The translations under genes and the position numbers were made by a program. The notes under the pieces are model-generated. The model was not told the origin of the DNA. It saw nothing but the letters and a program-made list of their open reading frames with translations, and did no database searches. 64,000 nt of DNA from a virus: IMG/VR virus record IMGVR_UViG_3300020383_000006, positions 1 through 64,000 of that record. The stretch is one strand, 5' to 3'. Positions 1 to 11,111 of this stretch are shown here, piece after piece. Positions within the stretch are counted from its first letter, which is position 1; every line of letters begins with the position of its first letter.

Positions 1-229
1 TAAAGCCACCCCAAGCCAGCCTAGCCGAAGTGAAGGCGAAGGCAGCAAAAGAAGGTATTATCGCAGCCGCATTATCGCTGAATGCAGTAAAGCCAGAGCG
101 GCATCATTCTTATGCGGACGGACATGAATACGGTTATTACGTAGCCTATCAATTAGTTTTTGCATTCGCAGAAAAACACGCCCAACAAATCCGCAACGGT
201 AAGGATGGTGAGTGATAAATGAACGTTTC

Positions 230-284
230 GGTTATATGCTTATAACTAATCGTTATTATACTTTTTTCTTTATTCCGGTACAAT
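230..284 (+). promoter_or_regulatory. Early promoter with conserved upstream 32-bp element (copy 1)
   Basis: GGTTATATGCTTATAACTAATCGTTATTATAC, then 17 nt, then TACAAT; element recurs at ~50544 and ~55863. Confidence 0.7.
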
Positions 285-2822
285 AGGTGTTGTTGAGTTA
301 AACGAAATCACTTTTGAGAGGAATCTATATTATGGCATTTATGAATCAAGAAAAGAAAAAAGAACTTGCACCAGGAATCAAAGCTGTTCTTAAAAAGTAT
401 GGTATGAAAGGTTCAATTTCAGTTCGCCACCATTCTACTCTTATTGTTAAAATCAAATCAGGTAAATTGGATATTATCGAAAATTCAATTGAAAATACTG
501 ATGTTGATAATAACCCGTTCTACTCACCGGAAGACATGCAACAAATCGTTGAACGTAAACGTAAAGAAGGTTTTATCGGAGTAAATTATTTTCATATTGA
601 TACCCACTACTCAGGGGAAGTTGCGGGATTTCTTAAAGAGCTTAAATCCGCTATGATGAAAGGTAATCATGACAATTCAGATATTATGACTGACTATCAC
701 GATGTCGGTTGGTATATTGAAATTGAAGTGGGTTCATACAATAAACCTTATCAGTTGTTAGAGGTAGCTTAATATGAAAATCACTCGCAAATCAATGTTT
801 ACAGGTAAAGTCCGAACAAAGGACTTGCCTGTATCCGAAAAACAAATTAAGCAATGGGAATCTGGTAACTATCACGTTCAAGAAGTCTTTAAGAACCTTA
901 GTCCGGATGACCGTGAATTCATTCTTACTGGCGTAACTCCAGAAGAATGGGAAAATGCTTTTAGTTAAAGGAATTGTTATGAAAATATCTAAAGAAACTT
1001 GGCACTACAAACTGAACGCTTCAATGTCAAGCCATAACGAAACTATGAATAAAAGAAGCCTTTGTACTTACTTTTGGTTTACAGTTTTGAGTTGTATGAA
1101 AGTTGCTTTAATAATTCTTTTGGTTTTTACTAGTATTATAATGTTGGCTTCCCCTTATTTTGCACTTTTTATTGATTCTTTTGAAACAAATTTACCAATT
1201 CCGTTAATAGGGTTGGTATTTAATTACTTTGTTTTTGGGATGATTTGTTATGAACTTATTAAGATGCAATACAGCCAATATAAAGAGAAATATGGTTGGG
1301 GTGAAGGCGCTAACCACCAAAAACAAAATATCGCCTTAGATTATGTTAAAGCAAAGAAACAGAAAATTTGTCCAACCATTGAATTTGAATAGGTGGTAAA
1401 GAATATGAAATGTTATATCTATGTATCTGGAAACCCTGATATTTGCATTGAAGATGAAAATGATTCAAATGTCATACGGGAATTTGAAGGGCAAATCATT
1501 GATGGGAATAGAATTGAGTCTGAAGCCCTTGATTTTGGTATTAACTTTTTTGACGGTTTAGAATTTAATAGAGTATTACCGCTTGATGAAACTCGAACAT
1601 TTATTGCTTCTAAATCTAGGTTGAATTCAGTAAAAGTAAATTCTGAATTTAAGCAATACTATTCAGCCAAGGCTTGTCGGTATCTAGAGGGAATAGAAAG
1701 AAAACTGGCTATTGCTGAAATGATGGCGGGCGAGGAATTTCCTCTACGATTTTATTCTTTAGATGATTAAAGGAGAAATTATTATGATTAGAGATGAACT
1801 AGAAAATCTAAGAAAAGAAAACGAATTACTCCGAGCCAAAATGCGCAAAATAAATGAAATCCTCATGTATTCTGATATTGATGAATTGCGTGATAACATT
1901 TATTCAGAGGTTCTTGAAATCAGTGACCCAAAATGTAAGTCTTTGTTGTCGATTAACTTACTTAATCAACTAGAACAATTCATATTAAGTAGTGACTCTT
2001 GGGAATTTGATGATGAAGGTAAAGTCAAGTTCACTAATATTGCAAAAGTTGTTCGTCAATTCAAACTGGAGAAAATTAATGAATCTGAGTGAAATTGCTA
2101 AAAAAATAAATGTAGAAACACCGTATGAACTTCAAGAAAGTTTTGATGGATATTGGTTTCGCTACGACGTAATTCCAGAAGGAACCACTACAGACCAATT
2201 TGCTAATTATATAGAAGTTAAAGACGTTCTAGAAAGTTATGGCGTTTACCTTGAAAACGTTCAAATAGAACATGATTGCATTACTGGGGATCTACTTAAA
2301 ATAGAAAAAGAAACTGATCGTATGGTCTCAACAACCGCTTGTGATTATTCTGTTACAGGTGAACATCTACAAGGATTCACTATTTCCCCAATAGAAGTTA
2401 AGGATTCAGTTCCTTCTCGTTATAGAGTAGCTGTATATCCTTCAGGCGAAAAAGTATTGCAGGCAGGTAAAGCAATTCGCAAAGGTTTTGATGTAAGTTG
2501 GGATTGGGAAGAGATCGAAACCGTCCACGTTGATGAAAATGGAGAAGAAATCAATGGAAATGATTAGTCGAGTCGTTCAATTCAAAAGCAAAAATCCCGA
2601 AGTCAATTACTTAAAAGCGGAAGCTATTGAAACATTCACTTCTCATGGATATATTGTAGTAGAAAGAAATTGCGATAATGGACATATTCTTGTTTTAGGT
2701 GGAGTTCGAAGAGTTAATTATTATCCAACGACGGGAACGGTCTTTGTTGATAAAGAAGTTGGTAAACCCTCTATTAAAACAAAAGGAATTGAACAAGCAA
2801 TAAGTATTTTAGATAGAGGGAC

Positions 2823-2850
2823 TTTACTTTTTCGTAAAAAACAGTATAAT
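2823..2850 (+). promoter_or_regulatory. T4-type early promoter
   Basis: TTTACT-N16-TATAAT, followed by GGGTTGTTGAGTT. Confidence 0.7.
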
Positions 2851-4048
2851 AAGGGTTGTTGAGTTGGTTAACTCCCTTTTATTATGAATCCAGTGAGGTA
2901 TTTTTATGAAACACTATCGTTATCTTGTCGAAGCCGTTGATCTTTTCCCAAAAGACGCTCCCCACTATACTGAAAAAGTTAAACACGGTATTAATCCTGA
3001 TGAAGATTGGCGTTTAATTTTCTCTTTCACTAACCCTATTGATGCCGAAGAATGCGCTAAAGGTGAAGCGGATAGCTTCTCATTCCGTAAATACCGCGTT
3101 CGTGATTCAGAATCAGATGATATCCTTTTTCAAATCGGTGATCGCGAAAGTGAGTAATCTTACCTATCAAATATACAAGAACCTGACCACAGGTTCTTTG
3201 TCTATTCGTGAAAAGAATTCAGGTTTGGTTGTTGGTTATGCTGTATCGGTTATGATGACCAACGTAACAACAACCGTAAATCAAAAAGTAAGAGAACAAA
3301 TTCTACGCGAGAAAAAGAAATATGTTCACGCTTTCGTTGAAGGTCAAATCGTTGACGTATTCGGTTTTATTTCCCGCGAAGGTAGAAGCGTTATATTGGT
3401 TAATAACGAAAAAGACCTTCATGAACTTGGAATTTTTAAGAAAGGTGTTCAAGCAACTTATAATCCGTACAAACATGATTCTTTTGTTATTAGAGGCACC
3501 TTTCCTACCCAACCTGTAAAAAAGAATTATCCTTTAGCGGTTATTGATTATATTAATGGAGTTAGATTGTATGAGTGATATTGTTGAAGAAATAGAAAAT
3601 GCAAGAAACACTTATAAAGATAAGTTGGTAGGGTTAATCGCTGGTTCAATTAAGCATGCCGTAGAAACTTGTAAATATCCTGGTGGTGAGGTTTACGCCG
3701 AAGATATAATTCAATACGCCAACAAAATTGAATCAACCGTCGATATACCGAAAGTTCATAGTTGTAAAGAAATAGAGTTACTGGAACAATTAAAAAAGGT
3801 GATGGATATATTCGGGGAATTTGAACCTGATGAAAATGATATAAGGATAACTTGGACTAATGAGACCCTAATTGTTCTCAGGGATACTAAGAAAATATTA
3901 AGGGAGTATGGGTATGGTTAAAAGAATTATATTTTATGTTCTTGTACACTATGCTGTTGTGTGTGCCTATGGTTTAGGTTCAAGAATGTTGCACTACCCC
4001 AACTTAGACGTAGGTTGGATATTAACTGGAAAAAGGAGTCGTTCGTAA

Positions 4049-4462
4049 ATGAAAAAACGTTATTATTTTTATATTGTAATAGGTTTAATCGCCTTAACTG
4101 CTTTTGGGTATGGTTACCGATACTTTATGGCACCAATCAAAGGTAAAGTTGCTGCTGAAGAACAACTTGAGTCCGCTTCTAATAGAATCCAGCGGTATAA
4201 TCACTTCTTTGATTTATGTGCAAGTGTGCAAAGACAAAAGGCTCAACTTGTCGCTCAAAAGGAACGGTTACAATCCGAACCCGAAGGAAAATTTAAATCA
4301 AGGGTTCGTGCAAATATTGCAGGTATTCAATCACAAATCGCTGGAAGCGTGGCTCAGTATAATGCTGATTCTACCAAATCGTATACAGCAGCAAGATTTA
4401 AAGATTCTAACTTGCCTTATCGTTTAACTATTGAAGGAAAAACAACATGCGTTTCGTACTAA
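4049..4462 (+). CDS. Membrane-anchored hypothetical protein (N-terminal TM, coiled coil)
   Basis: KKR followed by hydrophobic YYFYIVIGLIALTAFGYGY; helical body. Confidence 0.6.
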   Translation: MKKRYYFYIVIGLIALTAFGYGYRYFMAPIKGKVAAEEQLESASNRIQRYNHFFDLCASVQRQKAQLVAQKERLQSEPEGKFKSRVRANIAGIQSQIAGSVAQYNADSTKSYTAARFKDSNLPYRLTIEGKTTCVSY

Positions 4463-4962
4463 TTATTATTTTATCATTATTCGCGGTCACAGCTTGTAAA
4501 GGTGGTCAATCAACTAGCCAAAAACAAGAACAAACCCGTACTGAAGTTTTGAATCGAGCTGATGCCGCTGTTCCTACACCAGTGATCAGTAACTTTATCG
4601 CCCGTAAAACAGTCGCAGAATATATGCGTCGTATGGATCAACCGAACAAATTGTTTTATATCTATATTGTGGCTGATACAGGTAATATTATTGGTTATTA
4701 TGTAAGTCGAGGCAAGCCTGTTAGTTCTTGTTTAAATATGACGCCACCCGACCGTGGTGATTATTACCGGAATGGCGGTGTTATTAATCGAGTCGCCCCT
4801 AGTTTAAACGGTCTTTATAATGCTGGCGGTGGCGCTTGTAATAGCACGTATTTCTTTGACGCAGAAACTGATGCATTAGTTGAAATCTCAGGATTGAATT
4901 TATTTACAGCTGATCAACCGTTAAATCTTGACGCTGAACCAATTACCGTAGTTTCTGAATAA
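4447..4962 (+). CDS. Putative lipoprotein
   Basis: Signal peptide MRFVLIIILSLFAVTA-C (lipobox); overlaps the upstream membrane gene. Confidence 0.65.
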   Translation: MRFVLIIILSLFAVTACKGGQSTSQKQEQTRTEVLNRADAAVPTPVISNFIARKTVAEYMRRMDQPNKLFYIYIVADTGNIIGYYVSRGKPVSSCLNMTPPDRGDYYRNGGVINRVAPSLNGLYNAGGGACNSTYFFDAETDALVEISGLNLFTADQPLNLDAEPITVVSE

Positions 4963-4968
4963 CTTATA

Positions 4969-4990
4969 TTGGGGTCGTTCGCGACCCCAA
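4969..4990 (+). other. Stable UUCG-loop hairpin
   Basis: TTGGGGTCG-TTCG-CGACCCCAA; no U-tract, so more likely a stabilising or processing hairpin than a terminator. Confidence 0.6.
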
Positions 4991-5014
4991 CTCCACTTCA
5001 AAAAGGAAATTAAA

Positions 5015-6339
5015 ATGAAACCTTTAGAAACCTTAGAAACCTTAGATAAAATTGCTGATTGCATTATTTGGTTTTCTTTAGGCGCTCTAGTCGTCTTATC
5101 CCTCTTTATGTGTTTAAATAATGATTACTATGAAACAAAGAAAACCTTAACTAAAATTGAAAAAACTTGTGAACAAGTTGGTTCCGAACCGAAAGAATTT
5201 GACTGGAATCAAGAAGCTGTTTGTAAAAACGGATTTACTTTTATCTATGAAGAATAGGATTTATTATGGATTATTCTGGTTTATCTGATGAAGAATTAAA
5301 CAATGTATTGAATCAAGCCAAAAATGAATATGATGCTAGGTTAAAGTCTAAACGAGAAAAAGAGAAAATTCAAAGGGTTGGTTTTGCTAAGTTTGTAATG
5401 GAAAATCGTGAAAAGTTTTTAGAAGTTATGAACCATTCACGAACGAGTTGTAGTGACGAAAATCCTTGTAACCCAGGACGTTGCCGTAAATGCGATTTTA
5501 TGGAACTAGACCCTCAAGGTTGGGAATGGGGAGAATACGGGTTTTATTTTGATTCTTGCCTTGAGCTTGTTATTGTAAAATACATTTAAAAGAGGGATAT
5601 TATGAATAAAGATGATTACAACAAGTATCTTGTTCAAATCAATTATAAGAACGGTGTTTCTATGGTGGCTTGGTTTTACAAGTTACATTTTAAGGGTAGT
5701 TATGAAGGTGATAAATCCATTGAATGGGAAATTACTGATGCCCCTAAGAAAACCAAATATGATACTGCGATTAAAGCCGTTTTTATTAACGTTGATTCTA
5801 TTGATAGTATCTGGCAACTAGATGAAGTGGCAGGCTCACTCGGAGACAAACAATCTAAAGGAAAATAATTATGGTTTATATGATACCCCGACAATATAAA
5901 TGCCCAGATTGTGGAACTACTACAAAATGGGCAGATAACGGTGGAGTTGCATCAGTACCAATTATTGAAGGCGCACCCGTTTGTCCTGTTTGTTGGGAAA
6001 AATTCGTAAAAACTAACGTTCCTGTTATGCAATTGGATAATGAAAATGAGTGTTCCTAATTATACTGAATTAACGAAAAGAGTTTGGGATCTATGGGATT
6101 TATTTGACTTTGGTTCACTGAGGCGTTCTGACTGTGATAACTTCAAACATAATAAATTTGAAGGTTGGGTTGGCTTTACTTTAAAAGAAGATTTTATTAA
6201 GGTTAAATACAATTCTGTTGATGATACGGACTGTGAAATTATTGTAAACGATGATGTTGTATTAGAAAGCGTCAGTTTTGATAATATTCAAGAAGAATTA
6301 GAAAATCGGTTCGATATCATGGTTACTTCATTTCTATAA
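5015..6339 (+). other. Five small hypothetical genes, including a CxxC..CxxC zinc-ribbon protein (5871-6059)
   Basis: Contiguous ORFs with SD sequences; CPDC and CPVC motifs in 5871-6059. Confidence 0.6.
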
Positions 6340-6360
6340 AATAAATCATGGATAAAAAGA

Positions 6361-8211
6361 ATGAGTGAAAACCTTTCTAAGTACAAAAAATTATCTTCAT
6401 TAGAACATGTACTCCAACGTTCTGGTATGTATCTAGGGTCTACTGCTATTCAGGAACAAAACGTATTTGTTCCTGGTAAAAAAGGTAGAATGACCGAACA
6501 CAAATTGTCATTTTCTCCAGCATTATTAAAGATGTTTGATGAGATTATCAGTAACAGCGTTGATGAACACATTCGTTCAGGATCAGTTTCAAAAATTGAT
6601 GTTACTATTAACCAAATGGGTGGTGAAATATCAATTTCGGATAACGGTGGAATACCTGTTCAAAAACATCCAGAATATAAACAATGGATACCGGAAATGA
6701 TTTTCGGTGAAATGCGTACTGGTTCAAATTTTGGTGATGAAGAAAGAACCACCGCTGGATTAAATGGTCTGGGTTCAAAGCTAACATCAATCTTTTCAAA
6801 GGAATTTACCGTAACAACTTCTGACGGTAAGAAGCGGTTTACCCAAACCTTCAAAAATAACCTCTCAGAACGCTCTGAACCGAAAATTGTGCAATCTAAT
6901 TCCAAAGGTACTACGATTACCTTTACTCCAGATTACGAACGCTTAGGATGCGAATTAGACACTGATACAGTTCAGCGTATTCAAAAACGGGTTTATGATG
7001 TTGCTGGTTGTAATCCATTAATTCAGGTGACGTTAAATAAAATTCCTATCCGTATAGCTTCATTTGAATCATACGCTCGATTATTTTCTGACGAACTTGT
7101 TTCTGATAAAAATAAAGATTGGGAAATTGTGGTTTGTCCTTCGGAAGATGAATTTAAACAAATTTCCTTTGTTAATGGTGTTGATACCTATAATGGTGGA
7201 ACACATGTTGATTATATCGTAAACCAAATAACAAACAAACTACGTGAATACATTAAAAAGAAACATAAAGTTGACGTAAAACCTTCAAATATTAAACAAC
7301 ACCTGTTTGTATTCATTAATTGTCGAATTAATGCACCTACATTTACTTCCCAAACCAAAGAAAATATGTCATCTGATGTTAAAGACTTTGGTACTTCTTT
7401 TGAGGTTAGTGATAAATTCATTAGGGCATTAACTCGCTCAGAGGTTGTACAAAAGGTTCTTGATTGGGCTGAAGCGCAACAACGCCAAAAAGAATTGGCT
7501 GAAATGCGTAAAGTGAATAAGCAAGCGCAAAAGAAAAACCATCTTAAAAAGATTGTTAAGTTTGACGATGCTACGGGCAAAAAGCGTGAAGAATGCTCCC
7601 TGTTATTAGCTGAGGGTGATTCAGCGGCAAAAACGTTATTATCAGCCCGTGAACCAAAAACAATTGGTGTGTACCCATTAAAAGGAAAACCGCTAAATGT
7701 TCGTGATATTAAACTCAAGCGATTAACATCGAATGAAGAATTTGCGAACATTATGTCAATCTTAGGTCTAAAATTAGGTCATGAAGCTGACCCTAGTCAA
7801 ATGAGGTTTGGTAAGGTTATAATTGCAGCGGATTTTGACCCTGATGGTTCGCATATTTGTGGTCTTATCGTTAATATGTTTCAACAATTTTGGCCAAACC
7901 TATTGAAAGAAGGAATGGTGTACCGTTTAAGAACTCCGTTGATTGTAGCGACTAAGAATAAAAAAGAATATGAATTCTTTAGTCGTGAAGAATTTCAAAA
8001 ATGGGCTTCTAAAAACCCAAATCATTCTTATAAGTATTACAAAGGACTTGGTTCTTGGACTACAAAGGCATTTAAGAAATTTTTAAATGATGAAAATTAC
8101 CATGAACAACTAACCTATGATTCTGAAGATGATTTCAAATCAGTTGACTTAGCGTTTGATAAATCTAAATCAAATGCACGTAAAGATTGGTTGCTTGGTA
8201 CTCAATACTAA
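6361..8211 (+). CDS. 39: DNA topoisomerase II large subunit (gp39+gp60 fused)
   Basis: GHKL motifs (DEIISNSVDE, DNGGIP, GLNGLGSK), Toprim EGDSA, PLKGK, DFDPDG, YYKGLG. Confidence 0.97.
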   Translation: MSENLSKYKKLSSLEHVLQRSGMYLGSTAIQEQNVFVPGKKGRMTEHKLSFSPALLKMFDEIISNSVDEHIRSGSVSKIDVTINQMGGEISISDNGGIPVQKHPEYKQWIPEMIFGEMRTGSNFGDEERTTAGLNGLGSKLTSIFSKEFTVTTSDGKKRFTQTFKNNLSERSEPKIVQSNSKGTTITFTPDYERLGCELDTDTVQRIQKRVYDVAGCNPLIQVTLNKIPIRIASFESYARLFSDELVSDKNKDWEIVVCPSEDEFKQISFVNGVDTYNGGTHVDYIVNQITNKLREYIKKKHKVDVKPSNIKQHLFVFINCRINAPTFTSQTKENMSSDVKDFGTSFEVSDKFIRALTRSEVVQKVLDWAEAQQRQKELAEMRKVNKQAQKKNHLKKIVKFDDATGKKREECSLLLAEGDSAAKTLLSAREPKTIGVYPLKGKPLNVRDIKLKRLTSNEEFANIMSILGLKLGHEADPSQMRFGKVIIAADFDPDGSHICGLIVNMFQQFWPNLLKEGMVYRLRTPLIVATKNKKEYEFFSREEFQKWASKNPNHSYKYYKGLGSWTTKAFKKFLNDENYHEQLTYDSEDDFKSVDLAFDKSKSNARKDWLLGTQY

Positions 8212-8223
8212 AGGATTGAAAAA

Positions 8224-9528
8224 GTGAAAATAGCTGATTTTTTTGATACCGAATTTAAAGAATTTTCAAATTTAGATAATGTTCGTTCTATCCCATCACT
8301 AATTGATGGGTTTAAGGATTCACAAAGAAAGGCGATTTATGGTATGATGAGTCGCCCGTTAAAAGAAGTTAAAATTGCTCAAGCTGCTGGTGAAGTTGCA
8401 CTAAACACGCACTACAATCATGGTGAAAATTCCATGGGTAATACGTTAGTCGGTTTGGCACAAAACTATCCTGGGTCAAATAACGTTAATTTATTAGAAC
8501 CGATTGGCCAATTTGGTTCTATACTAACAAACGAATCATCTTCTCATCGTTATATTTTTACGAAAGTGTCTGAAAACCTTAGAAAGTACATTCGTAAAGA
8601 AGATGATATCGTACTTGAACATAAAACTGAAGACGGTGATAAAGTAGAACCGAAGGTTTTTTACCCAGTTATTCCATTATGGATAGTTAATGGTTCAAAT
8701 GGTATTGGAACAGGACATTCTTGTAAAATACTACCAAGAAACCCGGAATCAATTAAAAGAATACTTTCAAATTGGGCTAAGGGTTCTGAACCAAAATCAC
8801 TAAAAAAACTTTTAATGCCTTATTATGAAGGATGGAAAGGTAGCGTCATTAAAGTTGATGAAAACAGTTTTATATTAGAAGGTGTTATTGAAAAGATTAA
8901 TACTTCTACTGTTAAGATTACCGAAGTTCCACCGAATATGGGTATTGATAAGGTTAAAGCAAACCTTGTAAAACTTCTAGAAGAAAACAAAATTCGGGAC
9001 TTTGATAATAATTCTTCTGAGGAAGGGTTTGAAATTATTGTAAAAATGCCTAGGGACGTTGCTAAAAAGACAACTAAGCAACTTTTAAACCTTTTCAAGC
9101 TAACTACCCGCGTTACCGAAAATGTGACAATGTGGAGCAGTACAGGAGAGTTAACGAAATATGAAAACGTTGAAGAAGCTCTACGGGAATTTTTACAATT
9201 CAAATTATCCAAGGTTGAAGAACGTCGAATTAAACAAATTGAACTACTGGAAGAACAATCTGATTTTTTAAATCAAAAGAAAGACTTTATTTTCAAATGG
9301 AATATGCTTAATAATCCAGGAAAAATGGAAAGAACTGAAATTCGCAAAAAGATTCAAAGTTGTTCTGATGAAAATTTTGAACGGTTTATGAATATGCGCA
9401 TTTCCTCACTAACGTTAGAAAAAGTTGATGAACTGCAAAAAGAAATGGTTCAAATAGAAAAAGAGGTTGAATCTTTAAAAGAAACAACCCCTAGTAAATT
9501 ATATTCTAGTGATTTAAAATTAATCTGA
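8224..9528 (+). CDS. 52: DNA topoisomerase II medium subunit
   Basis: DGFKDSQRK, HYNHGE, GQFGS and catalytic HRY motif; follows gene 39. Confidence 0.96.
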   Translation: MKIADFFDTEFKEFSNLDNVRSIPSLIDGFKDSQRKAIYGMMSRPLKEVKIAQAAGEVALNTHYNHGENSMGNTLVGLAQNYPGSNNVNLLEPIGQFGSILTNESSSHRYIFTKVSENLRKYIRKEDDIVLEHKTEDGDKVEPKVFYPVIPLWIVNGSNGIGTGHSCKILPRNPESIKRILSNWAKGSEPKSLKKLLMPYYEGWKGSVIKVDENSFILEGVIEKINTSTVKITEVPPNMGIDKVKANLVKLLEENKIRDFDNNSSEEGFEIIVKMPRDVAKKTTKQLLNLFKLTTRVTENVTMWSSTGELTKYENVEEALREFLQFKLSKVEERRIKQIELLEEQSDFLNQKKDFIFKWNMLNNPGKMERTEIRKKIQSCSDENFERFMNMRISSLTLEKVDELQKEMVQIEKEVESLKETTPSKLYSSDLKLI

Positions 9529-9954
9529 TTTTTGGTATTGCTCAGAAACAAGCAACTTGAAATTTAAAAGATCTTCATTAACTTTAGTGACTTTTTCTCC
9601 AATGTTGGAAATCTTGTCATCTTGTTCTTGGTCTTTTATTTTAAGAGTTGCTGTTTCTCTATATAATAAATCTTTAAGTTCTGAACTAGAAGTTTCAAGT
9701 CTTTTACTGAAATCATCGAACCTTGAGTCAAATCGAAGTTGGAGTTTATCCAGTTCTTCTTTTTGCTCAAGACGGTTTCTATCTAAAGACTTATTCATTT
9801 CAGAAACTATTGACCCTGAAGATTCTTTAAAGTCTTTGGCAACAAGTTCCATTTTTTTGGACTGATTCTTCAAGAACCACATTGGAATACCAACCAAAGC
9901 AATCATTACTGACACTAGAATTGACAGTATTGTAAGTATCGTTGAAATTTGCAT
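9520..9954 (-). CDS. Single-TM coiled-coil protein (holin-like candidate)
   Basis: Hydrophobic N-terminal ~27 aa then coiled coil; upstream TAAATA late-promoter-like motif near 10001-10007; function inferred only. Confidence 0.35.
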   Translation of the reverse strand: MQISTILTILSILVSVMIALVGIPMWFLKNQSKKMELVAKDFKESSGSIVSEMNKSLDRNRLEQKEELDKLQLRFDSRFDDFSKRLETSSSELKDLLYRETATLKIKDQEQDDKISNIGEKVTKVNEDLLNFKLLVSEQYQKSD

Positions 9955-10030
9955 TATTTTATTTTTCTTATTATGAGTTTTATAATGAGAGAATTCATTT
10001 ATATTTAGCTAAATCTGGTATCTAAAAATT

Positions 10031-11083
10031 ATGTTTAAACCTGATTTTTTTATTGATAATCAATGGCTCCATAGAATAGGACATCGCTTAGAAGGGTTTA
10101 AGAAAGCAGGCGGTAATGCGTTCCAAGCCAGATGCCCTTATTGCGGTGATTCAAAAAAAGATAAGCGCAAAAAACGTTTCTATTTCTATACCAAAAAACA
10201 ATCATTAAATTTTGATTGTAAAAACTGTGACGCAAGTGGTTCTTTTTGGACGTTCATGCAAGAACAGGTCCCTGACTTGTTTGATGAATATAAAAAAGAA
10301 CAAATGTTTAAACACTTTAAACGTTATGAACCCAATAATAATTCTTCAAACAATTTTAAACGGGAAGATGAAGAACAATATCAGATTGAAGAAGAAAATT
10401 ATGAACCCGTATGTTTATCTAAGTTGATAGGGTTAATGGAACCTATTTCTGAATTACCTGAAAGTCATGAAGCAGTTCAATATCTTGTTAAAAGAGGTTT
10501 TTCTAAAAAAGAATACGGTAGATTATTTTATGCTCAAGACTTTAAGAAGTTATCTGAGGTTGTATCATATAAAGAATTATCTGAACGTTTCCCCAATGAA
10601 CCTCGCATAGTCATACCGTTTTTTAATAAAGATTTAAATGTGACTATGATGCAAGGACGTTCTCTTGATCCAAAATCTTCACTGAAATACATCACAATCA
10701 AAACTGATCCAGAATTAGAAAAAATATACGGGTTGGAGAACGTAAAAAGAAATAAAACAGTTTACTGTGTAGAAGGACCTCTAGATAGCCTTTTTGTTGA
10801 TAATTGTCTAGCTTCTTGTGATTCCTCATTAACCAAAGTTCCTGCTGACGTTTATATTTTTGACAATCAACCAAGAAATAAAGAAATTGTTGAACTAATG
10901 GAAGATTGTATTGAAAAAGGCAATCAGTTAGTTGTTTGGCCAAACAGCCCAAACGGAAAAGAAGATATTAATGACATGATTAAAAATGGTACACCACAAA
11001 AAGACCTAATGAAAATAATTAAAGAAAGAACGTTCAAAGGTCTAAAAGCTAGAATAGAGTTGACTAATTGGAGAAGAGTATAA
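10031..11083 (+). CDS. 61: DNA primase
   Basis: CPYCGDS..CKNC zinc finger, QGRSL, Toprim EGPLDS, DNQPRN, EDINDM. Confidence 0.95.
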   Translation: MFKPDFFIDNQWLHRIGHRLEGFKKAGGNAFQARCPYCGDSKKDKRKKRFYFYTKKQSLNFDCKNCDASGSFWTFMQEQVPDLFDEYKKEQMFKHFKRYEPNNNSSNNFKREDEEQYQIEEENYEPVCLSKLIGLMEPISELPESHEAVQYLVKRGFSKKEYGRLFYAQDFKKLSEVVSYKELSERFPNEPRIVIPFFNKDLNVTMMQGRSLDPKSSLKYITIKTDPELEKIYGLENVKRNKTVYCVEGPLDSLFVDNCLASCDSSLTKVPADVYIFDNQPRNKEIVELMEDCIEKGNQLVVWPNSPNGKEDINDMIKNGTPQKDLMKIIKERTFKGLKARIELTNWRRV

Positions 11084-11111
11084 TAAATAGTCAGCGTTAC
11101 CATAACAAAGG

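Larger units (their letters stand above)
30..3921 (+). other. Cluster of ~11 tightly packed small hypothetical early genes (e.g. 332-772, 774-968, 2906-3157, 3150-3578, 3571-3921)
   Basis: Co-oriented short ORFs with abutting or overlapping start/stop codons and SD sequences, downstream of sigma70-like promoters at ~256-284 and 2823-2850; no recognisable catalytic motifs. Confidence 0.7.
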
